Shown one piece after another: positions 31,362 to 41,541 of a DNA stretch of 64,000 bases. The DNA is from an uncultured cyanobacterium (GTDB taxonomy: Bacteria; Cyanobacteriota; Cyanobacteriia; Cyanobacteriales; Nostocaceae), in the NCBI GenBank assembly GCA_963740315.1, contig CAVUDP010000002.1, forward strand, positions 160,001-224,000, given 5' to 3'. Positions within the stretch are counted from its first letter, which is position 1. Each line of letters opens with the position of its first letter. The position numbers and the translations under genes were made by a program. The notes beneath the pieces are model-generated. The model did not search any database. It was given only the letters and a program-made list of their open reading frames with translations, and was not told the DNA's origin.

Positions 31362-32438
31362 ATGCATTCAAATAAGCTAAAAATTGTTTTTTTACCTATT
31401 TTAGTTATTTTCAGTTTATTAGGTTCATTCACACTGATTAAAAATTCTACTGCTGGAGAAAATCGTGTCAGACGTAGAGGGAAGTTTGAATTTGCCCTAA
31501 TCGGAGATGTTCCTTATGGCGACAATAACGTCAGCAAACTTGATAATTTAATTGAGGACGTTAATGCAGAAAGAAAACTAAGGTTTGTCCTCCATGCTGG
31601 CGATATCAAAGGTGGCAGTAGTGAGTGTTCTGATGAGCGTTTTCAAGCACGACTTGAGCAATATCAGAAGTTTAGATTACCTTTTATTTTGACTCTTGGG
31701 GATAACGAATGGACTGACTGTCATCGCACTAATGCAGGTCAGTATAATCCCATCGAGCGACTCGAAAAATTACGAGAAATCTTCTATCCCAGACCTGGTT
31801 TCTCAACTATTGGTAGAATGGAGCGCGTGCTGACTCAAGCAAAGCAAGAAGGCTATGAAGACTATGTTGAAAATCAACTCTGGATTCAGGAAAGAGTCGT
31901 TTTCTCTACAATTCATGTAGTAGGTAGCAATAATAATTTAGCACTTTGGTCGGGTATTGGTGAGACAGATACAGATGGCGTTCTAGCTACTTCTCCAGAA
32001 GAATGTGCGGGCGAAACAGCTAGTAATCGAGTCCTTTGCGAGCAACGTACTGGTGAATTTGTCAACCGTTTAGCTGCTGCCGTGAACTGGTTAGAAACAA
32101 CTTTTGATGCTGCCGAGAAAGCTGATAGTCCCGGCATTTTTATTATGATTCATGCCAATCCTAGATTCGATTTAGCACAAGACGATCCAGAACGGGCAGG
32201 TTTCAATCGTTTTCTGAAGCTACTAGAAGAAAAAGTCCAAGAATTTGGACGACCTGTAATTTTGGCTCATGGAGATTTTCACTTTTATTTGCTAGATCGA
32301 CCATTACCTGATGTCAGCAACTTTACTCGCGTTCAAACTTTTGGCGCTGATGAAGTCAATTGGATTCGTGTGACTGTCGATCCCAAGAGTGCAGAAGTTT
32401 TCAAAATCGAACCTGTTGTTGTTGAAGAAAATCTATAA
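31362..32438 (+). CDS. Secreted metallophosphoesterase
   Basis: GDVPY, HAGDIK, GDNEWTDCH, AHGDFH; signal peptide; ATG at 31362. Confidence 0.85.
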   Translation: MHSNKLKIVFLPILVIFSLLGSFTLIKNSTAGENRVRRRGKFEFALIGDVPYGDNNVSKLDNLIEDVNAERKLRFVLHAGDIKGGSSECSDERFQARLEQYQKFRLPFILTLGDNEWTDCHRTNAGQYNPIERLEKLREIFYPRPGFSTIGRMERVLTQAKQEGYEDYVENQLWIQERVVFSTIHVVGSNNNLALWSGIGETDTDGVLATSPEECAGETASNRVLCEQRTGEFVNRLAAAVNWLETTFDAAEKADSPGIFIMIHANPRFDLAQDDPERAGFNRFLKLLEEKVQEFGRPVILAHGDFHFYLLDRPLPDVSNFTRVQTFGADEVNWIRVTVDPKSAEVFKIEPVVVEENL

Positions 32439-32895
32439 ATCTTAATGCCTTAAACAATAGATGGATTTAAATACATAGAATAAGTTTTCTGTCAATGCCT
32501 TAGTTCTAATTAAATTTGTTTTTGTAAATCAGGTTTAAAAAGTTTGTAGTATAATTTGATTAAATAATTTTGGCATCTTTAGTACCTGGGATGTCAAATT
32601 ATTAGTTAGAAATAAAAATAGTACTTTTTAACGTGGGTTTGACGAGAGAAAAAAAGCGAAAACTTATAGGGTGAAATATCTAGATTTATTTGCATAGCAG
32701 TAGTTTCAATACTTCTATGATATTTTTTGTCTAGTTGAGCAATGAAAAATCAGAACTTTAAGACATAAGCATTTTAAAGTTGATGATGAAAAATTGGGCA
32801 AATTGGTGTTAAATTGGGATAGCGATGAATTAAATCTTTGCTGAATGCAGCGATTAGATAAATTTGTTAAATAATGTTGACTGGGAATAAAGCAA

Positions 32896-33504
32896 ATGAG
32901 TGCAATTGTTTTTTTGCTCAAGAAACGTTTTTTAAAGGCTTTAGATAGTAAGGCGGGAAAAACGTCTTATAAGCTGTTTGGGTTAATTAAGAATTGCCGC
33001 GCTATTTTAACAGAATCCGTACCATTTTTAATTTCCTGTGCGGTTTTTTTGAGCGTTATCGGTTTACACAGTCCGATATTATTGTTTTGCTTGCTGTTCG
33101 GTAGTTTAATTGCTGTGACAATACAGCAAATTTCTTGGCGGTTTAATTTACCAAAGCGTCAAACGATCGGATTGCAAATTTTGGCGATCGCACTTCTTCT
33201 AACTGTATTTTGGTTGGATTATTTTGCAGCACCAGCACAAGCGCAATTTTTCGGTAAAGCTGAAGATTTTTTCAAAACCACTTTAACTGAAGGTTCCAAT
33301 GATTCGGGTACTAATACCGCTGTCAGTTTAGTATTTAACGTTTTACGGGCGCTTTTCCTACTTTACATTGCGATTTCTTTAATTGGTGTAGTGAATGCAG
33401 TTCGTAAAGATGAAGATTGGCAAAGTATTGTTAGAACTCCTTTATTAGTAGTTATCGCCGTCATAGTTGCCGATGTATTAACTGGTTTTATTATTGGCAG
33501 TTGA
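32896..33504 (+). CDS. VirB2/TrbC-like T4SS pilin with long N-terminal extension
   Basis: APAQA|QFF processing-like site followed by two hydrophobic helices; first gene of the T4SS cluster. Confidence 0.55.
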   Translation: MSAIVFLLKKRFLKALDSKAGKTSYKLFGLIKNCRAILTESVPFLISCAVFLSVIGLHSPILLFCLLFGSLIAVTIQQISWRFNLPKRQTIGLQILAIALLLTVFWLDYFAAPAQAQFFGKAEDFFKTTLTEGSNDSGTNTAVSLVFNVLRALFLLYIAISLIGVVNAVRKDEDWQSIVRTPLLVVIAVIVADVLTGFIIGS

Positions 33505-33570
33505 ATCAGTTATCAGTTAACAGTGAACAGTTAGCAGTGAACAGTTAGCAGTTAGCAATGAGCAACTAAC

Positions 33571-33668
33571 AACTATCCACTAACAACTATCCACTAACAA
33601 CTATCCACTAACAACTATCCACTAACAACTATCCACTAACAACTATCCACTAACAACTATCCACTAAC
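33571..33668 (+). repeat. 14-bp tandem repeat AACTATCCACTAAC x7
   Basis: Seven contiguous identical units with no spacers. Confidence 0.95.
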
Positions 33669-33676
33669 AACTGATT

Positions 33677-34036
33677 ATGGATAAAGACTTCAGGCCAGTA
33701 AATCAAATTTTAGGAACACAACCTTCTTTAGGGCCACTTCCAGCAGACCAAATATTTCCTTGGATGGTAATTTCTTTGGCTGCTTATTTTATTGTGAATG
33801 GAATTTTTGGAGGTTTATTTAATGATGATTTTCAAAAGTGGTTGTGGACGGTTTTAATTGCTGGTTGGGGAATGGGAACATGGTGGATATTAACAGGTGG
33901 TAGAAGTTGGCGCTTTTTAAGCAAATTTATTGGTGTCCCCAGGTGGACAAGGGGAATTGCACGTTATCAGAGCTTTTTAGAAGTAACCCATGAAGCCAAA
34001 AATCGGCAAGAAAAGCGTCGCAAACGTCGCAGGTAG
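33677..34036 (+). CDS. VirB3-like membrane protein
   Basis: FRPVNQILG.QP..GP start, two TMs, overlaps the VirB4 start. Confidence 0.6.
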   Translation: MDKDFRPVNQILGTQPSLGPLPADQIFPWMVISLAAYFIVNGIFGGLFNDDFQKWLWTVLIAGWGMGTWWILTGGRSWRFLSKFIGVPRWTRGIARYQSFLEVTHEAKNRQEKRRKRRR

Positions 34037-36740
34037 TTCGGTTAGATTAACTCCTTTTGAGGATGCTTTACATCTAGCAACGATGTTAAAAGTATCTCTT
34101 GATGGTCGAGATGTTGGCGGCTATATTTTAAATAAAGCTAATAAAAAAGATAGTTTTTGTTTTGTTTTCGGTTTCGATTGTCGGGGCATTCATACAACTT
34201 TAAGACCGGAACAAATTGATACTATTTGTAATAATATTGAAGCTGGATTAAAAGATATTCCTGGTGGTGAAAAACTTACTTTTCATTTGGGTTCTTTCAC
34301 TTCGGAAACTAAACGACAAGAGGAACTAGCAAGTTTAGTTAAACAAGCTGCTTCCCCAAATATCAAATATTTATTAATGGCAGAGCGTGCCAGGGTTAAG
34401 GAATTAACTCAAAGCGGTATTCGCAAGCCAAAATTTTTACGAATTTACGTTACTTATACCGTCGAACCCGACAGCACCAATACCGAAGATTGGATAGAAA
34501 GGCTGTTAGCTAAAGGGGAAAAGTGGTGGTCTAATTTTAAAGGTAATTTAAGCGCTACCCAGCATCAACGCATCGAAACTGTAGTTAGAAGCGCTTACAA
34601 ACAAGGTTTTCGTCGTTGGGAACAGATTTTATCTAATAAGATGGGTTTGGATATTAAGCCGATGAATGCTCCACAGCTTTGGGGTGAAATTTGGAGACGG
34701 TTTAACGATACTCAAGCAATCGATATTCCTCAACTGGTAACTTTGGATGAGAGGGGATTGCATGAAGAGGTTTATTCGGATTTAGCAAGTACAAAATTGT
34801 TGATTGACAATCTTCACAGCACAACTTTGTTGATGGAAAGGGATGTACCTTGTGCGGATAGAGCTTGGGTTAACGTTAACAATAGATACGTGGGTGCGTT
34901 GACTTTTCTGGAAAAACCCGGAGGCTGGCAAAATAAATCATCTCAGTTACGTTACCTTTGGGAATTGATTGCCAGGGAAACTGTTGTCGATACGGAGATA
35001 TTTTGTCAGTTGACTGCGGCGAATCCGGCGATTGTGAAAACCACTCTGCAACGGGTTTTGAAGCAATCTAATATGACGGCAAGGTTGGCAGAAGAGAAGA
35101 GTAAAACCATTGATGTCGGCGCTCAATTAAAGTTAAGAAAATCGGTAGCGGCGCAAGAACAGATTTATGAGGGTGCCGTACCAATTTACACGAGTAATGT
35201 GATATTAGTGCATCGTGACAGCATTGAGAAATTGGATGAAGCTGCCAGATATATTGAAAACAGTTTTCAACGCCCAGCCCAAGTAATAAGAGAAACCGAA
35301 TACGCTTGGAAAATTTGGCTGCAAACTTTACCAATTGTCTGGGAAGGTTTACTCGCAAAACCTTTTAACCGTCGTCAGCTTTATTTAACCAACGAAGTAC
35401 CTGGTTTGATTCCTTTGGTGAAAACTAGGGAAGGTGACGGCAGAGGTTTTGAATTAATTGCGGAAGAAGGGGGAACACCTATACAGTTAGACTTATTTAA
35501 TCAGCATAAAAATTTAGCTTTATTCGCCACAACTCGTGCTGGTAAATCGGTGTTGGTTTCGGGAATTTTGACTCAAGCTTTAGCTCATAATATTCCCGTG
35601 GTAGCTTTAGATTTCCCCAAACCAGATGGTACTTCCACTTTCACCGACTACACCGCATTTATGGAAGATTGGGGAGCTTACTTCGATATTTCCAAACAAT
35701 CGAATAATTTATTTGAACAACCAGATTTACGGGCTTTGAGTTATGAAGAGCAGAAAGATAGATTTGGGGATTACGTAGCTTTCTTAGAATCAGCCTTGAT
35801 GACAATGATATTGGGTTCATCCGGGGAAAGTCAACTGTTAACTCAAACAGTGCGATCGGTAATTAACTTAGCGTTGAATGCATTTTTCAGCGACGAAGGA
35901 ATTAGGAAGAGATATGAGGATGCCATACATGAGGGATTTGGTTCCGTGGCTTGGCAGAAAACTCCCACCTTAAAAGATTTTCTCACATTTTGTTCGCCAG
36001 AGCATTTAAATATAGAAGCTCAAGGTGGAAGAATAGAAGATGCATTGAGTCAGATAGATTTGCGGTTGCGATTTTGGTTATCAAGTAGAGTTGGGCAATC
36101 AATTTCCGCACCATCGAGTTTTCCCACCGACGCTCAACTTTTAGTATTTGCATTAAGGAATTTATCAGATAGCGAAGACGCTGCGGTATTATCTTTGAGT
36201 GCATATTCAGCAGCATTGAGAAGAGCTTTGAGCAGCCCAGCATCGATATTTTTCATAGATGAAGCGCCAATTTTGTTTGAATTTGACCAAATTGCCGATT
36301 TAGTCGGTAGAATTTGCGCGAATGGTGCAAAAGCAGGAATTAGAGTTATTTTATCAGCCCAAGACCCGGATACGATCGCCAAATCCAAAGCAGCATCAAA
36401 GATTTTACAAAATTTAACAACCAGATTAATAGGAAGAATTCAGCCAGTTGCAGTAGATAGTTTTGAAAGCATTTTAAAATATCCCCGCGACATAATTAGT
36501 CGCAACGCATCAGAAAGTTTCTTCCCTCGTAAAGAAGGAATTTACAGTCAATGGTTATTAGACGACAACGGAATTTACAGCTTTTGTCGCTACTATCCCG
36601 GTTACGAGCAATTAGCAGTAGTTGCGAATAATCCCAACGAGCAAACAGCAAGAAATCAATTTATGGAAAGTCATGAAGATAAATATGAAGCAATTTCCGC
36701 ATTTGCAAGACAACTTGTAGCTTCACTTAAGAATCAGTGA
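33990..36740 (+). CDS. virB4: VirB4-family T4SS ATPase (cyanobacterial type)
   Basis: 916 aa; Walker A ATTRAGKS, Walker B IFFIDEA, GAKAGIRVILSAQ. Confidence 0.8.
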   Translation: MKPKIGKKSVANVAGSSVRLTPFEDALHLATMLKVSLDGRDVGGYILNKANKKDSFCFVFGFDCRGIHTTLRPEQIDTICNNIEAGLKDIPGGEKLTFHLGSFTSETKRQEELASLVKQAASPNIKYLLMAERARVKELTQSGIRKPKFLRIYVTYTVEPDSTNTEDWIERLLAKGEKWWSNFKGNLSATQHQRIETVVRSAYKQGFRRWEQILSNKMGLDIKPMNAPQLWGEIWRRFNDTQAIDIPQLVTLDERGLHEEVYSDLASTKLLIDNLHSTTLLMERDVPCADRAWVNVNNRYVGALTFLEKPGGWQNKSSQLRYLWELIARETVVDTEIFCQLTAANPAIVKTTLQRVLKQSNMTARLAEEKSKTIDVGAQLKLRKSVAAQEQIYEGAVPIYTSNVILVHRDSIEKLDEAARYIENSFQRPAQVIRETEYAWKIWLQTLPIVWEGLLAKPFNRRQLYLTNEVPGLIPLVKTREGDGRGFELIAEEGGTPIQLDLFNQHKNLALFATTRAGKSVLVSGILTQALAHNIPVVALDFPKPDGTSTFTDYTAFMEDWGAYFDISKQSNNLFEQPDLRALSYEEQKDRFGDYVAFLESALMTMILGSSGESQLLTQTVRSVINLALNAFFSDEGIRKRYEDAIHEGFGSVAWQKTPTLKDFLTFCSPEHLNIEAQGGRIEDALSQIDLRLRFWLSSRVGQSISAPSSFPTDAQLLVFALRNLSDSEDAAVLSLSAYSAALRRALSSPASIFFIDEAPILFEFDQIADLVGRICANGAKAGIRVILSAQDPDTIAKSKAASKILQNLTTRLIGRIQPVAVDSFESILKYPRDIISRNASESFFPRKEGIYSQWLLDDNGIYSFCRYYPGYEQLAVVANNPNEQTARNQFMESHEDKYEAISAFARQLVASLKNQ

Positions 36741-36764
36741 ACAGTTATCAATTATCAATTAACA

Positions 36765-37547
36765 ATGAAAAAAACAATTTTTTTAACAGTTTCACTAACT
36801 TTAATTACAACCTTGCCAGCAATAGCTCAAATAGGTAATGTTTGGGTTGATTTTCAGAATTACGCTATCGATTTACAAAATTATTTAACAGATAATATCT
36901 CAGATACTTTGCAACCTGTAGAATCGGAAACTCAAACAGCGATCGCTAGCTTTAACGGAGAATTAAATATTCCCAATCCGGTTGCCGTAAGAAGAAGTTT
37001 AAATGATGATATCGTAATTAACTCGCTGTCAGATAATTTTGAGAATAATCCAGCGTTAAACGCTGTTGCAGTTGGGAATGAAATTGATAGAACACTTACT
37101 CGTGGTGTTGCGGTAGGAGTTTTAGGAGAAGAAGCACAAATACGTTCGAGAAACAAACTTGAAAGTATCGAGAATTCCCTTGAGAATACTACAAAAATAA
37201 CTCAAGAAGCGCGAGAAAAATCGCAGAACATATTAGATGAGATTGCAGAAGTTGGTGTTAGTGCTGCTAATCCGTTAGGATCGATACTTAATTCGGGGCA
37301 ATCAGAATTAATTAGATTGCAATTACAGAGTATTGAAATAGAAAACGAACAATCAAAAATGATTGGAGCCAACTTAGCTCAAACAATGCAATTACATCAA
37401 ACAATGCAATATTCTAACTTGAATTTAGCCAATATTTCCCAAGAAATAGAAGTATCAAATCGCGCTAGAAGAGTCAATGCATCCGCAGAAGCAGCAAGAC
37501 TTTTAAGAACAACTTCTCAAGTCGATTTGATTGGAAGGGGGAAGTAG
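36765..37547 (+). CDS. Secreted helical T4SS protein, VirB5-like
   Basis: Signal peptide (PAIA|Q), coiled-coil, NLNLANIS motif, position after VirB4. Confidence 0.5.
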   Translation: MKKTIFLTVSLTLITTLPAIAQIGNVWVDFQNYAIDLQNYLTDNISDTLQPVESETQTAIASFNGELNIPNPVAVRRSLNDDIVINSLSDNFENNPALNAVAVGNEIDRTLTRGVAVGVLGEEAQIRSRNKLESIENSLENTTKITQEAREKSQNILDEIAEVGVSAANPLGSILNSGQSELIRLQLQSIEIENEQSKMIGANLAQTMQLHQTMQYSNLNLANISQEIEVSNRARRVNASAEAARLLRTTSQVDLIGRGK

Positions 37548-37630
37548 TTTTAGTAAGTTTTGCAATAATTTAATTTATAATCCAAAATTGCTAGAAGTGA
37601 TAACTAAATAAAATTCATAAAACGAAGAAG

Positions 37631-39103
37631 ATGAAAAATAATATCTCGCGCCGTACAGTAATAAGTGGTTTAACAGCTAGTGCATTAGTAATTGGTTTTG
37701 ATTTAACCAATCGTTCCTGGGTTACATCTGTCAATGCAGCATCTATATTTGCCAAACTTCCAACTCTAGATGGTGTTGTTTCTACGGATGATAATATACT
37801 TGAGGAAGCACGGACAGATTTTGGTTACATCATATACCGTAAACCAATTGCCGTACTCAAACCCGGTTCGGTTGCTGATATTATTAGCATTATTAAATTC
37901 GCTCGTACTCATAAGATTCAAGTTGCTGCACGAGGTCAAGGTCATTCAGTTTACGGGCAGCCACTTGTCGAAGGAGGAGTTGTAATTGACACAAGCACTC
38001 TTAATGCTATTCACTCTATTGAATCAGATCGAGCTGTAGTTGATGCAGGAGTGCTGTGGAGTCAACTTTTACAAGAGACGCTCAAACAACAATTGACACC
38101 ACCCGTGCTGACAGATTACATAGAACTTTCTATCGGTGGTACTTTGAGTGTAGGTGGAATTGGTGGTGCTACCCATCGTTACGGGGTACAAGTTGATAAC
38201 GTCTGGGAACTTGAAGTAGTTACGGGTAAAGGTGAATTAAAAACCTGTTCTCCTCAAGAAAATTCAGATTTATTTGAAGCAGTGCTGGCAGGGCTGGGTC
38301 AATTTGGGATTATAGTTAGAGCAACAGTTAAGTTAATTAGTGGTTTTGAAAATGCCAGAGTATTTCTCCTAGCTTATGAGAATCTGGATGATTTTACTAA
38401 AGATCAACGCGAGCTTATAACTTCAGAACGCTTTAATTATGTAGAAGGTCAGATAGTACCTACAGATAGTGGTGGTTGGAATTACATTTTGGAAGCAGCT
38501 AGCTTTTACAACTCTTCTGCTCCTCCTAACAACAATACTCTACTTGCGGGATTAAATTATCTTCCTGGTAGCGAGCAAATAGAGGATAAATCTTATTTCG
38601 ATTTTCTTAACCGTTTAGCTCCTTTAATCGAACAACTCAAAACGATCGGTGTTTGGTCTTATCCTCATCCTTGGTTGAATTTGTTTGTACCTGGTAGCGT
38701 TGTTGAAAGTTTTATTAGCGATGTTGTTTCCGATTTAACATTAGAAGATACAGGGCAAGGAGCAGTTCTCTTATATCCAGTAAAAACTGATTTATTTACG
38801 CGACCTCTTTTTCGCGTACCAAAGGAAGAAATTGTCTTTCTTTTTGCGATTTTACGCACTGCTGTACCTCCAGAAGATACAGTGGTTAGACGGATGTTGG
38901 CTGATAATCGGCGACTATTTGAGCAAAACCGCAAGCTGGGTGGTTATAGCTATCCCGTAAATGCGATTCCTTTTACTCAGAAAGATTGGAAGCAGCATTT
39001 TCGTCCGTTTTGGGGAAAACTAGTCAGTGCTAAACGACGCTACGACCCCGATAATTTGTTGACTCCCGGTCAAGGTATTTTTTCTCACTTCAGAAACTAT
39101 TAA
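37631..39103 (+). CDS. FAD-linked oxidoreductase, cytokinin dehydrogenase-like, Tat signal
   Basis: SRR Tat motif; RGQGHS, TDY..LSIGGTLS.GG, PHPWLNLF, YDP..LL.PGQGIF. Confidence 0.8.
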   Translation: MKNNISRRTVISGLTASALVIGFDLTNRSWVTSVNAASIFAKLPTLDGVVSTDDNILEEARTDFGYIIYRKPIAVLKPGSVADIISIIKFARTHKIQVAARGQGHSVYGQPLVEGGVVIDTSTLNAIHSIESDRAVVDAGVLWSQLLQETLKQQLTPPVLTDYIELSIGGTLSVGGIGGATHRYGVQVDNVWELEVVTGKGELKTCSPQENSDLFEAVLAGLGQFGIIVRATVKLISGFENARVFLLAYENLDDFTKDQRELITSERFNYVEGQIVPTDSGGWNYILEAASFYNSSAPPNNNTLLAGLNYLPGSEQIEDKSYFDFLNRLAPLIEQLKTIGVWSYPHPWLNLFVPGSVVESFISDVVSDLTLEDTGQGAVLLYPVKTDLFTRPLFRVPKEEIVFLFAILRTAVPPEDTVVRRMLADNRRLFEQNRKLGGYSYPVNAIPFTQKDWKQHFRPFWGKLVSAKRRYDPDNLLTPGQGIFSHFRNY

Positions 39104-39153
39104 AACCTGAAATCAAAAAAAACGCATCCGTTGTTAAAATCCAAAATTCCGAA

Positions 39154-40188
39154 ATGCAATTAGCACAACTTGGTATCAATGAAATTATAAATGACGGTGC
39201 GACAACTGCTCAAAGTATTGCCGAAGGTTGGGATAAACAATGGGTAGATTTGTTGCAAAATAACACCGACAGTAATTTATATGGAGCCTTAACAAATCTC
39301 GGTGTATTTTTTGCCGTTGGTACTCTATTAATTTTTATGATGCAATGGTTAAAAGATACTATAAATGACGATTATTCGCGTCCGATATCGGGTTTGATTT
39401 GGCCTTTTATCGTAGTGTTATTTTTAACCAATACTGGAAATGGAACTGTATTATCAAATTTAACTTTGGGAGTGCGAAATTTTGTTAATAGCATCAACGA
39501 ACAGGTAGTAGAATCAGCAGATGTTAATCGAACTTACCAGCAAGCAATTAATATGAGTATTGCCGAAGATGTGGTAGGTTCTTTTTTACGTCCCTGTCAA
39601 TCTTTGAATGGCGAACAACAAAGAGAGTGTTTTGTTAAAGCAACAGAAAAAATTGATATCTTATGGGAAGAATATAGAAACTTATATGGGGATGCACCTT
39701 GGATAACTAGATTAGAAAATCAGGTAAATCAAATTACTTTGGGAACTGGTGTTTTATCGGAAGAAGCATTTAATTCTTTAATTGGTTCCACCGTTCAAAT
39801 TACTATAAAAAACTTTTTAATTTCCCTGCAATCAGCTTTCCAGAACTTGATAGAAGCTACAATGTTACTAATAGCAGCTTTAGGGCCATTAGCGGTAGGT
39901 GGTTCATTATTACCTGTTGCGGGTAAACCCGTTTTTGCATGGTTGACAGGCTTTTTCTCGTTAGGAATCGCCAAAATTTCCTTCAATATTATTGCCATAT
40001 TAACAGCAGCAGTAATCGTAAATGGTCCAGCGCAAAATCCCAACACCAACCCTGATTTAATGTGGTTTATCATCTTTCTCGGAATTTTAGCCCCAGTTTT
40101 ATCATTAGTAACAGCAGGAGCAGGAGGATTTGCAGTATTTAGCGCTATTAGCAATACCGCTTCCTGGGTGAAATCAGTGAGCAGTTAA
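39154..40188 (+). CDS. VirB6-like polytopic membrane protein
   Basis: Two TM blocks around a soluble loop; ALGPLAVGGSLLP...W motif. Confidence 0.6.
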   Translation: MQLAQLGINEIINDGATTAQSIAEGWDKQWVDLLQNNTDSNLYGALTNLGVFFAVGTLLIFMMQWLKDTINDDYSRPISGLIWPFIVVLFLTNTGNGTVLSNLTLGVRNFVNSINEQVVESADVNRTYQQAINMSIAEDVVGSFLRPCQSLNGEQQRECFVKATEKIDILWEEYRNLYGDAPWITRLENQVNQITLGTGVLSEEAFNSLIGSTVQITIKNFLISLQSAFQNLIEATMLLIAALGPLAVGGSLLPVAGKPVFAWLTGFFSLGIAKISFNIIAILTAAVIVNGPAQNPNTNPDLMWFIIFLGILAPVLSLVTAGAGGFAVFSAISNTASWVKSVSS

Positions 40189-40343
40189 CAGTTAACAGTG
40201 AGCAGTTAGGAGTTGTAAGTTAATATTTACCCTATGAATTTATAATTTATCCAATTTCATGAAAAATGGTGTAGTGTTCATATCTTGGTCTGTTTAATTA
40301 AAACTCAATCCCTAAAAAAGAATCTTGCTTTCTATAATTAAAA

Positions 40344-40596
40344 CTTGCTCTCTTAAATAAAATATTAATTCTGATTAATTTTCGTAGTGCGAGCATCTTG
40401 CTCGCTAGTTCGAGGGAGCAAGATGCTGATTAATTTTCGTAGTGCGAGCATCTTGCTCTCTTAAATAAAATATTAATTACAATTAATTTTCGTAGTGTCC
40501 GCATCTTGCTCTCTTAAATAAAATATTAATTCTGATTAATTTTCGTAGTGCGAGCATCTTGCTCGCTAGTTCGAGGGAGCAAGATGCGGACACTAC
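40344..40596. repeat. REP-like cluster, four copies of ATTAATTTTCGTAGTG..GCATCTTGCTC
   Basis: Direct repeats with gcgagcatcttgctcgc hairpins and reverse-oriented gagcaagatgc. Confidence 0.85.
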
Positions 40597-40657
40597 CAAC
40601 TCCCAATTACCAACTCCAAAACCTTTGACATGCAGACCTTTAACCTTTAACCTTATC

Positions 40658-41458
40658 ATGGTACGTTTACTCGAAAAACGAAAACGAAAGGGAAATCTAT
40701 TAGTTACCTTTGCTGTTGCTAGTTTTGGTTTACATTTATTAACTTTACTTTTATTGATCGTTCAAGGGTTGACTATTCGTCAATTAAGTGTTCAGAAACC
40801 TCCTACTTTTGTGCAGTTAGTCGATGGAAAAGCTGTAGATAACAGTGATGTGTTGCAGCGAAAACCGGAAGGAATCAGCGAATTCGTTAGTAAAACGATG
40901 ATATCAATGTTTAACTGGTCGGGGAAACTACCAGCACAAAATATAAATCAAGCCAGTAATCCAGAAAAAGATTTAGGAATATCAATTAAAACACCCCAAG
41001 GTGGTAGTAAAAAAGTTACTACAAGTAGTTGGATATCTAGCTTTGCTTTCTCGGAAGATTTTCGTAAAGGGTTTTTAGGAACTGTAGCAGAATTAACGCC
41101 ACCAGAGGTTTTTTCAAGCAATTCTAACCAAGCTATATTAGCAGAATTAAATATTACTAGAATCTATCCCCCGCAACAAATTGAACCCGGTAAATGGCGA
41201 GTGGGAATGGTTGCAAATTTAGTTCAAAAACGCGGTAGCGATCGCAAAATAGTTACACCATTTAATAAAGATATTTTCGTACAAGCAGTAGATACTTTTG
41301 ATTACCCTATTGCCGCGAATCTGACTGACTTACAAAAAGCAATTTATACAATTCGTAGCGATAAATTAGAAATTTACGAAATCCGAGAATTATGTTTAAC
41401 CGATCAATACGATAATCTAGCTACAGACGGATTTAATCGCTGCCAAAATCGGCGATAA
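40658..41458 (+). CDS. VirB8-like bitopic T4SS protein (copy 1)
   Basis: One TM, FVQL.DG, FV..TM..MF.WS, GKW.V, PFNK.I.V.A. Confidence 0.55.
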   Translation: MVRLLEKRKRKGNLLVTFAVASFGLHLLTLLLLIVQGLTIRQLSVQKPPTFVQLVDGKAVDNSDVLQRKPEGISEFVSKTMISMFNWSGKLPAQNINQASNPEKDLGISIKTPQGGSKKVTTSSWISSFAFSEDFRKGFLGTVAELTPPEVFSSNSNQAILAELNITRIYPPQQIEPGKWRVGMVANLVQKRGSDRKIVTPFNKDIFVQAVDTFDYPIAANLTDLQKAIYTIRSDKLEIYEIRELCLTDQYDNLATDGFNRCQNRR

Positions 41459-41541
41459 TCCAATGGTTTTAATAATTAATTTGCGATATTTTTATATTTT
41501 AATTTTATTTATTCTTCCCAATCCCTAATTACCAATTTTCA

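Noticed and set aside
33505..33672. Possible CRISPR array
   Set aside because: Contiguous 7/14-bp units with no unique spacers and no cas genes; STRR-type repeat
40344..40596. Possible mini-CRISPR (four ~30-bp repeats)
   Set aside because: The intervening sequences are themselves repeated and the units are REP-like hairpins
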